Positions 7,649 through 15,722 of a stretch of 64,000 nucleotides of DNA are shown here, piece by piece; position 1 is the stretch's first letter, and each line of letters begins with the position of its first letter. The DNA comes from Candidatus Peregrinibacteria bacterium CG_4_9_14_0_2_um_filter_53_11 (GTDB taxonomy: Bacteria > Patescibacteriota > Gracilibacteria > UBA1369 > UM-FILTER-53-11). The stretch is from positions 18,959 to 82,958 of the forward strand of contig PFRX01000028.1 of NCBI GenBank assembly GCA_002788775.1, written 5' to 3'. The notes beneath the pieces are model-generated. The model did not search any database, had not been told where the DNA came from, and saw only the letters and a program-made list of their open reading frames with translations. The position numbers and the translations under genes were made by a program.

Positions 7649-9457
7649 CTACTGAAGCAGTGCGGCCAGACGCTCGGGATCCATAGCTCCTGAACCAAGA
7701 GGTGGGAAGATGTCTTGGGGCCCGATGCGTCGAGGCATAACCGCTCCTGCGACCGTCTCAACCTGTCGCTCTTTGTAAGCACTTACACCGGTCTTCCCCG
7801 GAAGCTGTTTGCGCAGATGTGTCTCAGCAGCCAAAATTTGGACCTCGACAGGAACACGGACGGGCTTTTTTGATGAAGCTTCTCCGCCTGCGAGCGGCCG
7901 TGCAAGCTCAACAGGATACATCCCCTGCAGCTTTGCAACTCTGAACCCACCGGATGAGTGCGTATTGCCCTCGTTTGAGTCCCACAGATAATTCTCAAAC
8001 TGTACGTCTTGCAGGCCAAGCTGTTCGGTGAGATACCGCGACAGGCTCGTCATAACGTCCGTAAGTTGATTCCTCTCCGTTTGATCGAACTGATCAAGAG
8101 GCTTACTAATGTTCACTACGAGAGTAAACCCAACGTTGTCATCAATACTTTCGAGCGAGACGGGGCGGACGTCAATAGTGGCATCCGGTAGACCCTGATT
8201 AGCAAGCCGTGCCCTCATTTCAGCCAACTTTTTCCGAGCGAACCCTCTCGCCTCATCATCCGCGTCATAAGAGGTAAGGATACCTTCGCAAACAGCCCTG
8301 TGGGCATCACGGGTAACCAGCTTGAGGACAGCTGAGAGGGGGGTCTTCGCACGAGCTGCATAAAGTAGGCGGTCCGGCTGGGATATCAGCTCACCCGCCT
8401 CGGCTAAGATTTGGCGAGTCTGATGACTCACAAGACGGGCACGCTGCCCAATCTCTCCCTCCTGCCCCCAGTCGGCACTGGCAGTCATCCCCTCTTCCCC
8501 AAGCTCTTCCTGCATGAGATGAGCAACAACCGAGCGCGGAATAGCCATGGGCCCCAGAGCATTTCCACTATCCCAGACAGATTCAGCAAGAAGGTCCTCG
8601 ACCTCGGCACGAACCTGGTTATGAGCCTCGAAGATAGGATTTGAGCGGATAGAATAGAGAGCGATACCCCAGATCAAAAGCCTCAGCGCTTCGAATCTCT
8701 TACGCATAGATTGTTCACGATCCCAAAAGATATCCATTAAGTTGGTAAGACCACGTGTCGAGAGGTCGGCGAAGCTGCTGAAAGGTTGACGAGCGGATTC
8801 GTTGGTAACAAGCTTTGGGATGAGCGTACCGTCAATGAAGGAGAAGGCCTCATCGAGGGATTCACGAACATCTGCTTGTGCGTCTCGCATCCAGCGGACC
8901 AGACGGATGAGCCGCGGAGACTGGGCCATCTGATCCTGTGTCAGCGTAGGCAGGACCTCCGCATAATGGTCAATCCTATCAACGGGAAACCAGTTGGGAA
9001 TAAGAGTTGCAAGAGGTGCCGTAGCAACATCGTGCTCACTGTGCCCTCCCTCAGCGACACTGCGTCCCCGTGAAAAGGTACTTTTGGGCAAAAAGCCGAG
9101 GACGTCGAGGATTTCCGCATCGGCAACTCTCTCTGCCTCATGGCGCGCACGTATCTGTCCTATACGAGCAGCGGCGGGGGTCTCACTGCGGCTACTACTC
9201 CTTCTGGAACTTGCAGAAGTGAACTGAGCGGCATGCTCACCGTAGTGAGCCATAATATCTTGGATACGCTCGACACGCGTAGGCATCTCCTCTCTTCCCA
9301 GTACTTCGGGAGAGAGAAATGGCCGCAGCCGCTCGATCAAAAGGTTCACGAGCTGAGCGTCGGTCACCTCGGGATGAGCCATGAGGTCATAGGCACGCTC
9401 GGGGTCGTAGGCCCGGGGCAGGCTCAGAGGTGTTGGAGTTGAGTCCTCTCGTTGCAT
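7649..9457 (-). CDS. Hypothetical protein (602 aa) with a possible degenerate RelA/SpoT-like nucleotidyltransferase C-terminus
   Basis: Long ORF with its own promoter. The C-terminal strings DDNVGFTLVV ... GGFRVAKL ... VEVQILAAETH ... SAYKER resemble the RSH synthetase motif order. This resemblance is weak. Confidence 0.6.
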   Translation of the reverse strand: MQREDSTPTPLSLPRAYDPERAYDLMAHPEVTDAQLVNLLIERLRPFLSPEVLGREEMPTRVERIQDIMAHYGEHAAQFTSASSRRSSSRSETPAAARIGQIRARHEAERVADAEILDVLGFLPKSTFSRGRSVAEGGHSEHDVATAPLATLIPNWFPVDRIDHYAEVLPTLTQDQMAQSPRLIRLVRWMRDAQADVRESLDEAFSFIDGTLIPKLVTNESARQPFSSFADLSTRGLTNLMDIFWDREQSMRKRFEALRLLIWGIALYSIRSNPIFEAHNQVRAEVEDLLAESVWDSGNALGPMAIPRSVVAHLMQEELGEEGMTASADWGQEGEIGQRARLVSHQTRQILAEAGELISQPDRLLYAARAKTPLSAVLKLVTRDAHRAVCEGILTSYDADDEARGFARKKLAEMRARLANQGLPDATIDVRPVSLESIDDNVGFTLVVNISKPLDQFDQTERNQLTDVMTSLSRYLTEQLGLQDVQFENYLWDSNEGNTHSSGGFRVAKLQGMYPVELARPLAGGEASSKKPVRVPVEVQILAAETHLRKQLPGKTGVSAYKERQVETVAGAVMPRRIGPQDIFPPLGSGAMDPERLAALLQ

Positions 9458-9490
9458 GACTTAGATAATATTATTAGATTGCAGCAAGCT

Positions 9491-9519
9491 ATTACATCAC
9501 AATAGTACCCGCCTGTCAA
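9491..9519 (-). promoter_or_regulatory. sigma70-type promoter TTGACA-17-TGTAAT (minus strand)
   Basis: Plus-strand tgtcaa at 9514-9519 and attaca at 9491-9496. About 27-nt leader to the ATG at 9457. Confidence 0.55.
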
Positions 9520-9538
9520 GTTCAGGCGAGGGTGGGGT

Positions 9539-10300
9539 CTAAAGTCCGAAAAGGACCTGGACGTTCGTGCTAATGCTCACCTCAAGGACCTGAGCATCAG
9601 CAGGGCGAAGAGACTTAATCATCTCGAAGGTCTCAACCATAAAAGCCGGCTCGTTCCGCTCGCCCCGGTGAGACTGAGGTGCAAGGTAGGGACAGTCTGT
9701 TTCTACGATGAGCTTGTCGAGCGGACAGGTTCGAGCAACCTCTCTCAAAGCCTCAGCGGATGGGTAGGTGATAATACCCGTAAAAGCAGTGTAGTACCCC
9801 CGGTCCCAGGCCATCTCCGCCTCTTTCATCGTGCCCGTGAAGCAATGAATGAGCGCGCGCTCAGTCCCCTCCTGATCCATAATCTCGTAGGCGTCAGCAA
9901 AAGCGTCACGGCAGTGGACGATAACAGGGAGGCCCAGATTTTTCGCAAGACGCAGCTGGGCTCGAAAGACCGTCTGCTGAAGCTCAACGGGCTCGAAGGT
10001 TTTGTAGTAGTCCAGCCCCATCTCGCCAAGAGCCACGATTTTTGACTCAATCTTGCAGGTCTTGAGGATCTCGCTGGCAACCTCCTCATTCCACTCTGAG
10101 GCGCAGTGAGGGTGAATTCCCATCGTGCTGTACATAAACTCGTAGTCCTGCGCGAGCGCGAGCGAGCGGAAGTTCCCCTCAACATCGAAACCCACATTGA
10201 TCAGCTTTTCAACGCCTGCCGCGCGTGCGCGTGCGACTGCCTGAGCCCGATCCGAGTCGAAGGCGTCTACATGAAGGTGAGCATGACAGTCGATAAGCAT
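9539..10300 (-). CDS. tatD: TatD-family metal-dependent deoxyribonuclease/hydrolase
   Basis: N-terminal IDCHAHLH. Conserved HCR, HCF and ETDCPYL motifs. Confidence 0.9.
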   Translation of the reverse strand: MLIDCHAHLHVDAFDSDRAQAVARARAAGVEKLINVGFDVEGNFRSLALAQDYEFMYSTMGIHPHCASEWNEEVASEILKTCKIESKIVALGEMGLDYYKTFEPVELQQTVFRAQLRLAKNLGLPVIVHCRDAFADAYEIMDQEGTERALIHCFTGTMKEAEMAWDRGYYTAFTGIITYPSAEALREVARTCPLDKLIVETDCPYLAPQSHRGERNEPAFMVETFEMIKSLRPADAQVLEVSISTNVQVLFGL

Positions 10301-10367
10301 TGTGCAGTGGGGCGAAGAAGCGTTAATCTAGAGCAGGCACCAAGTTAATACACTATTATGGTACACG

Positions 10368-10396
10368 TTGATACAAGCTTTAAGGAGAATTATAAG
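10368..10396 (+). promoter_or_regulatory. sigma70-type promoter TTGATA-17-TATAAG
   Basis: -35 at 10368-10373 and -10 at 10391-10396. Upstream of the 10426/10447 ORF. Confidence 0.5.
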
Positions 10397-10446
10397 AGAG
10401 TTCGACAAAACTGCAAGAAGATAGGTTGATCCTTCCACCATTCAGA

Positions 10447-11517
10447 ATGAAAATAACCACCCTGCTCTGGGAGCTCTATGCTCTCTTCACCCCCTATGTA
10501 AGCCCTTTCGAACGACGCGTCGATCGCTTCTTTCTCTGGGTTAACTCATCAAGAAGCCGGGGGGAGGTGGAGCGTCGCATGAGGGAGTTGATGAGTGAAG
10601 ACATGATCACCTTCTCGGTCTGGGTTGAGAAACGCTTCAAAAACTACCACTACCTCACCAAGCGCCACCGACGTCAGATGTACCGTAATGCTGAGGCGAT
10701 CAAGGTGCAGTTTAAAGCTTTCGCTCAGAGCCAGTTGGTGAGTGGTAAAGCACTCGAAGAGGAGCTTGCGCGGGCCCGCGTTGCCGTCGCCCCCACTCGG
10801 CTTCCCGAACTCCAACATCTCGTCAGCATCATGCGGTATCTCGATCCACGCAGCCGCTTCCGCTATGAGGAGAGCCGCAGCTTCGGAAAGCTCCTCGCCG
10901 ACCCGAACAGCGCGCGACTCGTGGGCGACTGCAACCAGATCGTCACGCTCTATGCCGCCCTCTTCTCCCTCAAGTTCCCGCTCCGTGAACTACAGATAAA
11001 ACTTCTTCCAAAGCACGTCTGCCTCCACCTGGATGGAGTGGATATCGAGGCCACCAATGCGACTTTTCAGAACTACACCGAGTACGAGTATATCGCCCCA
11101 CTAACCGAGATCGTCGCCACAAACCTCTTGGATGTTAACGACCCCGATGAGCTCGTCATGAGTGTCGAGCCGGAGGTTTTCGTGAAGGGTGCCCAGCTCG
11201 CCTTCGCACTTTCGCAAAAACGAGAGGTTGTTGAGCACAATATCCGCGTCGCCTATCATAACCTCGCCCTTGCGGCCCTTAAGAGCCGCAACTTCACACG
11301 CGCTTACTTCTACGCTGACAAGATCCGTGACCCCAAGCTCTTACGGAGCTGTCAGGCGGCCGAGTACAACTCACTCGTGGCAAAAGTGTCACACGTTAAA
11401 ACTCTCAAGGAGGCCAAGGGCTATCGCTCAGTCTACCGCCGAATGATGACACTGGCCCGCGCGATGGGCGACAGTCAAGCGGCAGACCAGATAGGCAAAA
11501 CACTCGGAAAGATTTAG
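10447..11517 (+). CDS. Transglutaminase-like (SirB1/YchA-like) protein with helical C-terminal region
   Basis: Cys-His-Asp arrangement GDCNQIVTLYAALF ... PKHVCLHLDGVDIEATN, followed by a TPR-like helical tail. Start at MKITTLL; the track lists a TTG at 10426. Confidence 0.45.
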   Translation: MKITTLLWELYALFTPYVSPFERRVDRFFLWVNSSRSRGEVERRMRELMSEDMITFSVWVEKRFKNYHYLTKRHRRQMYRNAEAIKVQFKAFAQSQLVSGKALEEELARARVAVAPTRLPELQHLVSIMRYLDPRSRFRYEESRSFGKLLADPNSARLVGDCNQIVTLYAALFSLKFPLRELQIKLLPKHVCLHLDGVDIEATNATFQNYTEYEYIAPLTEIVATNLLDVNDPDELVMSVEPEVFVKGAQLAFALSQKREVVEHNIRVAYHNLALAALKSRNFTRAYFYADKIRDPKLLRSCQAAEYNSLVAKVSHVKTLKEAKGYRSVYRRMMTLARAMGDSQAADQIGKTLGKI

Positions 11518-11548
11518 GCTTGGCCCACTCCCCCCAAAAGACCGGAAG

Positions 11549-11577
11549 TTGACAACACCCCGAAACTACCTTACTAT
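11549..11577 (+). promoter_or_regulatory. sigma70-type promoter TTGACA-17-TACTAT driving the aro leader
   Basis: Consensus -35 at 11549-11554, exact 17-nt spacer, -10 at 11572-11577. The ATG of the leader ORF begins 7 nt after the -10 box. Confidence 0.65.
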
Positions 11578-11584
11578 GCCCACG

Positions 11585-11638
11585 ATGAAGCGCACTCCTG
11601 CAACCAACTGGTTTTATTTTTTTACCCTGACGGCTTAG
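11585..11638 (+). CDS. Aromatic-amino-acid leader peptide MKRTPATNWFYFFTLTA (17 aa)
   Basis: ATG AAG CGC ACT CCT GCA ACC AAC TGG TTT TAT TTT TTT ACC CTG ACG GCT TAG. Five consecutive aromatic codons (W-F-Y-F-F) sit directly upstream of the shikimate operon. Confidence 0.6.
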   Translation: MKRTPATNWFYFFTLTA

Positions 11639-11679
11639 GGAGAGCTTTTCGTATCACGAAAAACACTAATCCCTAGGTC
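11632..11679 (+). promoter_or_regulatory. Candidate antiterminator helix of the aro attenuator
   Basis: GGCTTAGGGA (11632-11641, containing the leader stop TAG) pairs over 10 bp (2 G-U) with TCCCTAGGTC (11670-11679). It shares 11670-11677 with the terminator 5' arm. Confidence 0.5.
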
Positions 11680-11699
11680 ACCCGCCGGGGATTTTTTTT
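11668..11699 (+). terminator. Intrinsic terminator of the aro attenuator
   Basis: AATCCCT(A)GG (11668-11677) pairs with CCGGGGATT (11685-11693), with one bulge and one G-U. The 3' arm runs into T8 (11692-11699). Confidence 0.6.
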
Positions 11700-11838
11700 A
11701 TTTATTACCTTTTTACTATGAACACACCGGGTATCAGATCATCGTTTAGACTGGCAGGCGCTCCTACGAGCACAGCCTGCCTTTGGCGAAGCAACGCTAC
11801 GAACTACCTTTATCGATAAGACCACTAACCCCACACCC

Positions 11839-12861
11839 ATGATTATCGTAATGAAACGTCATGCGCCCGAGGAGACGATCCAGCGCGTCATAGACGAGAT
11901 TGAAAAAGCAGGAATGCAGCCGGTTCCCCTCATCGGTACCGAGCGCACGGTCATAGCCATTATCGGAGATGAGCGGGGGCTCGACGAAGCTCATTTCAGA
12001 AGTTTACCGCATGTCTCAACCGTTATGCCGGTCCTACGACCGTACAAGCTCGCGAGCCGTGAGACAAAGCACGAATCGACGATCATACGCGTTGGAAATG
12101 TGGAGATCGGAGGCCAGACCATTGCCATGATGGCCGGCCCCTGCTCCGTGGAAAATGAAGACCAGATTGAAGAGTCAACGCGCGGTGTAAAGGCTCTCGG
12201 AGCTAACATTCTCCGCGGCGGCGCCTTCAAGCCAAGAACCGGCCCTTACGCCTTCCAGGGACTGGGTCGTGAGGGTATCGACCTTCTCTCGGCCGCCGGC
12301 AAGCGCCACGACATGGTGACCGTCTCAGAAATTATGGATGTTCGTGATGTTGAGTTCACCGCCTCAAAAATTGATATCCTACAGATTGGTGCACGCAACA
12401 TGCAGAACTTCGACCTTCTTAAGGAAGTGGGCCGTCTACAAAATCCCATCCTTCTAAAGCGCGGCATGTCGGCGACCATTAAAGAGTTCCTCCTCGCGGC
12501 CGAGTACATCCTCGCTCAGGGAAATCCCAACGTCATTCTCTGTGAACGTGGCATCCGCACCTTTGAAGACGAGACGCGCAACACACTCTGCATCGCGACC
12601 GTGCCTATCGTAAAAGAGCTCTCCCACCTTCCGATTATCGTAGACCCCAGCCATGGAACGGGCAAGGTCCAGCTGATCCCACCGATGGCAAAGGCTGCCA
12701 TTGCAGCCGGCGCTGATGGTATTATGGTGGAGGTCCATCCGAATCCGGATGTCGCCCTGTCAGATGCCGATCAGGCCCTCGACCTCGAGCGCTTTGGCGC
12801 TCTGATGAATGAGCTCGGCCCGATCACTCATGCGGTCAACCGCACCCTTCCCAATGACTAA
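11839..12861 (+). CDS. aroF: 3-deoxy-7-phosphoheptulonate (DAHP) synthase, type I-beta, with N-terminal ferredoxin/ACT-like regulatory domain
   Basis: Collinear, from my recollection of the Thermotoga-type enzyme: MIIVMKR...[12 protein letters not shown] regulatory domain, then [40 protein letters not shown]. Confidence 0.9.
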   Translation: MIIVMKRHAPEETIQRVIDEIEKAGMQPVPLIGTERTVIAIIGDERGLDEAHFRSLPHVSTVMPVLRPYKLASRETKHESTIIRVGNVEIGGQTIAMMAGPCSVENEDQIEESTRGVKALGANILRGGAFKPRTGPYAFQGLGREGIDLLSAAGKRHDMVTVSEIMDVRDVEFTASKIDILQIGARNMQNFDLLKEVGRLQNPILLKRGMSATIKEFLLAAEYILAQGNPNVILCERGIRTFEDETRNTLCIATVPIVKELSHLPIIVDPSHGTGKVQLIPPMAKAAIAAGADGIMVEVHPNPDVALSDADQALDLERFGALMNELGPITHAVNRTLPND

Positions 12862-13906
12862 GATCCAGCAACAACCTCAGCTTATTATTCGCACGAAGGC
12901 CGTGGGCGAGCTCCCTCGGCTCGTGAGAAAAGCTGGGCACCAGTGCGTCGTTATTACCGACAGCCATCTTCGGAGCAAAGCCAACGAGCTCTCTCTGGAG
13001 ATCAAAAAAGCGGGCCTCCCCTGCTCCCTCCTTACCGTCCCCGCTGGAGAGAAGAGTAAGTCCCTCGTGGTGGTCGAAGAGCTGTGTGAGGCTCTGGTTA
13101 AAACCGGCCTGGGGCGGGATGGTGTTCTTGTGGCCCTGGGAGGCGGGGTTATAGGTGATCTTGCGGGATTTGTCGCATCGGTTTACATGCGAGGCATACC
13201 TTTTATCTCGGTACCGACCACTGTCATCGCGATGGCTGACTCGAGTCTGGGAGGCAAGACGGGAGTCGATCTCGCAAGTGGAAAAAATCTTGTGGGAACC
13301 TTCTATCCTCCGATGGCGATCCTGATGGACCCCACCCTGCTTGAAACCCTACCCGACCGTGAGTTCAAAGCCGGCTGTGCCGAGATCATCAAGCATGGTG
13401 TCATACATGACGAACGGTTCTTCACCTTTCTCGAGAAGAACCGAGAGAGTATTCTGGCCCGCAAACCAGCCCTCATTCTGAAAATGCTCAAGCAAAGTGC
13501 CAAGGTCAAGCTCACCATTGTGGGGGAAGATCCCCGGGAGGCACTACCGGCACGCCCGAACTCAACCAACCGGTCACGCATGCTCCTAAACTATGGACAC
13601 ACCATCGGCCATGCCCTCGAGAAGCTAAGCGAGTACACTCTTCCCCACGGGGAGGCGGTGGCCATTGGCATGATCGAGGAGAATAGGATTGCAGTGAAAA
13701 AGGGAATACTCACAAAAGACGCAGCGACTCGGATCAGCACCCTTATAGAGAACTTCGGCCTACCAACCAAGCTCCCCAAGGAGGCCACAATGGCACGCAT
13801 GAAAAAGCTCATCGCCCGCGACAAGAAAAAGGTGGGGAGCAGTATTTACTTCGCACTTCCCACCGGGATTGGAAGTGCTGACCTCTTCCCCTATGATCTC
13901 GCTTAA
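12854..13906 (+). CDS. aroB: 3-dehydroquinate synthase
   Basis: GGGVIGDLAGFVA, VPTT..A..DSS.GGKTG, and HGHT.GHA.E metal ligands. The ATG at 12854 overlaps the aroF stop (ATGACTAA). Confidence 0.9.
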   Translation: MTKIQQQPQLIIRTKAVGELPRLVRKAGHQCVVITDSHLRSKANELSLEIKKAGLPCSLLTVPAGEKSKSLVVVEELCEALVKTGLGRDGVLVALGGGVIGDLAGFVASVYMRGIPFISVPTTVIAMADSSLGGKTGVDLASGKNLVGTFYPPMAILMDPTLLETLPDREFKAGCAEIIKHGVIHDERFFTFLEKNRESILARKPALILKMLKQSAKVKLTIVGEDPREALPARPNSTNRSRMLLNYGHTIGHALEKLSEYTLPHGEAVAIGMIEENRIAVKKGILTKDAATRISTLIENFGLPTKLPKEATMARMKKLIARDKKKVGSSIYFALPTGIGSADLFPYDLA

Positions 13907-15653
13907 GGTTCCTGGTTCCAAAAGTTTGACCAATAGAGCGCTCATCATCGCCGCTCTTGCCACCACAAAGACGCGTCTCAATGGCTGCCTTTTCAGTGAT
14001 GACACGCGGGCTATGATAAAGTCACTTAAAGCGCTGGGGGTTGGTATTGAGCGGGAGGGCAGCAGCGTCATCGTCAGACCACCTAAAGGCGGCCGGCTCA
14101 CCAAGCCACGAGGCAGACTGAGCTGTGGAAACTCGGGAACGAGTGTGCGTTTTTTAAGCGCCCTTTTAGCCACACAGCCCTTCTCAACACTGATCGATGG
14201 AGACAACCGCATGCGCGAGCGCCCTCTTAAAGACCTCACCGATGCCCTCAGTCAGCTGGGAGCCTCGGTTGGCTTTTTACAGAGCTCCAACTGCCCGCCG
14301 GTGGAGATTGCCGGCCCCCTTGCGGGAGGAGCATGCACTCTTCGAGGGACGATGAGCAGCCAGTACCTCTCCGCCCTCCTCATGGCCGCCCCCTATGCAC
14401 AGAAGAGTGTCACGATAAGTGTTAAAGGCGGCCTCAGCTCAAAACCCTATGTTGACCTGACGATCGCCCTGATGGCGGAGTTTGGAGTTGTGGTTGGACG
14501 GGAGGGCTACCGACGGTTCACCATCAAGGCCGGCCAGCGCTACCGGCGGGCTCGAGCGCTTGATATCGAAGGAGACGCCTCAGCCGCGAGCTACTTCTGG
14601 GCTCTGGGAGCTCTGCTCGACGAACCTATCGACATAACCAACGTCCCTGATACGACGCTCCAACCCGACAAAGGCGCCTTCCTGAAAGCACTCCACCGCG
14701 TCATGCGCACCAAGAGTGAGGGGGGCCTTGAGCTCAGTGGTGAGGCCTTTCCCGATGCCGCTATGACGCTGGCGGTCGTCTGCGCTCTCCGCCCCGGACA
14801 GTGGAGACTGAGCGGCCTGCACACCCTCCGCGTTAAGGAGTGCGACCGCCTGAGAGCTCTCGCTACAGAGCTCAGAAAGCTCGGGGTTAAGGTAAAAGAA
14901 GAGGCAGAGGCCCTCACGATAAACGGCCGTGAGCCCACTAAACTTCATGGTGCTACCATCGAGACCTACAACGACCACCGGATGGCCATGTGCTTCGGAC
15001 TGGCCGGACTCCTCATCCCCGGAGTGACCGTCCTCAACCCCGGCTGCGTACGCAAGACCTACCCAACGTTTTGGAAAGATCTGAAGATGATCCAGAAGCG
15101 ACTCGACGAGCGACTGATCGTCATCAGTGGTATGCGTGGGACCGGCAAGAGCACTCTGGGGAGGGAGCTCGCGCAGAGGCTCAGACGGCCCTTTTACGAT
15201 CTCGATGAGGAGGTGGAGAGGCGGCTCGGGAAGAAGATTGTGGACCTGGTAGCAGAAAAAGGCTGGGAGGCATTTCGTGAAGAGGAGAGAAAAACCGTCG
15301 CGCTTTTTGTAAAAAAGAGGGGGGCGGTGCTGGCCACGGGAGGGGGAACCCTGATGGATGAGTCCAGCCAGCTCACGCTTAAGGCCGTCGGAAAGATACT
15401 CATTCTAGATGCTCCCCCGGAAGTTCTTATCAAGCGCCTTAAAAAAAGTAAAAACCGCCCCTCGCTTACCGGTACACAGACATTTCTGGATGAGTTGAGT
15501 AGTGTCTACCAAGAGAGGAAGGCTCGCTATCTCGCCGCGGCCGACTCGGTCTTTGACGTCTCCATCACTACGACTAACAAACAAGCCGACCGGATGAAGA
15601 AGGTAAAAGGGCTCGTGGAGATCGTCCGAATGCTCGGCTTTTCCACAGAATAA
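13893..15653 (+). CDS. aroA: Bifunctional EPSP synthase / shikimate kinase fusion (AroA-AroK)
   Basis: N-terminal ~430 aa is EPSPS (LKVPGSKSLTNRALIIAAL, NSGTSVRFL, KECDR, DHRMAM). The C-terminal ~165 aa is shikimate kinase (Walker A GMRGTGKST, DLD, ATGGG). The start may be 13869; either choice overlaps the aroB end. Confidence 0.9.
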   Translation: MISLKVPGSKSLTNRALIIAALATTKTRLNGCLFSDDTRAMIKSLKALGVGIEREGSSVIVRPPKGGRLTKPRGRLSCGNSGTSVRFLSALLATQPFSTLIDGDNRMRERPLKDLTDALSQLGASVGFLQSSNCPPVEIAGPLAGGACTLRGTMSSQYLSALLMAAPYAQKSVTISVKGGLSSKPYVDLTIALMAEFGVVVGREGYRRFTIKAGQRYRRARALDIEGDASAASYFWALGALLDEPIDITNVPDTTLQPDKGAFLKALHRVMRTKSEGGLELSGEAFPDAAMTLAVVCALRPGQWRLSGLHTLRVKECDRLRALATELRKLGVKVKEEAEALTINGREPTKLHGATIETYNDHRMAMCFGLAGLLIPGVTVLNPGCVRKTYPTFWKDLKMIQKRLDERLIVISGMRGTGKSTLGRELAQRLRRPFYDLDEEVERRLGKKIVDLVAEKGWEAFREEERKTVALFVKKRGAVLATGGGTLMDESSQLTLKAVGKILILDAPPEVLIKRLKKSKNRPSLTGTQTFLDELSSVYQERKARYLAAADSVFDVSITTTNKQADRMKKVKGLVEIVRMLGFSTE

Positions 15654-15722
15654 CTACCGCACTGAGACCTTGCCCGCCACACCAAAAGGAGTACTCTTAT
15701 ACCAGAACCACAACACACTCTT

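Noticed and set aside
11603-11623. Mini hairpin AACC-aact-GGTT followed by a T-rich run inside the leader ORF, as a possible terminator.
   Set aside because: The stem is only 4 bp, and the T-run is simply the Phe/Tyr codons. It is too weak to act alone.
11718-11819. 33-codon ORF (MNTPGIRSSFRLAGAPTSTACLWRSNATNYLYR) between the aro attenuator terminator and aroF.
   Set aside because: No enrichment of regulatory codons and no promoter geometry. It is probably fortuitous. The hairpin at 11753-11781 inside it is reported as part of the leader region instead.
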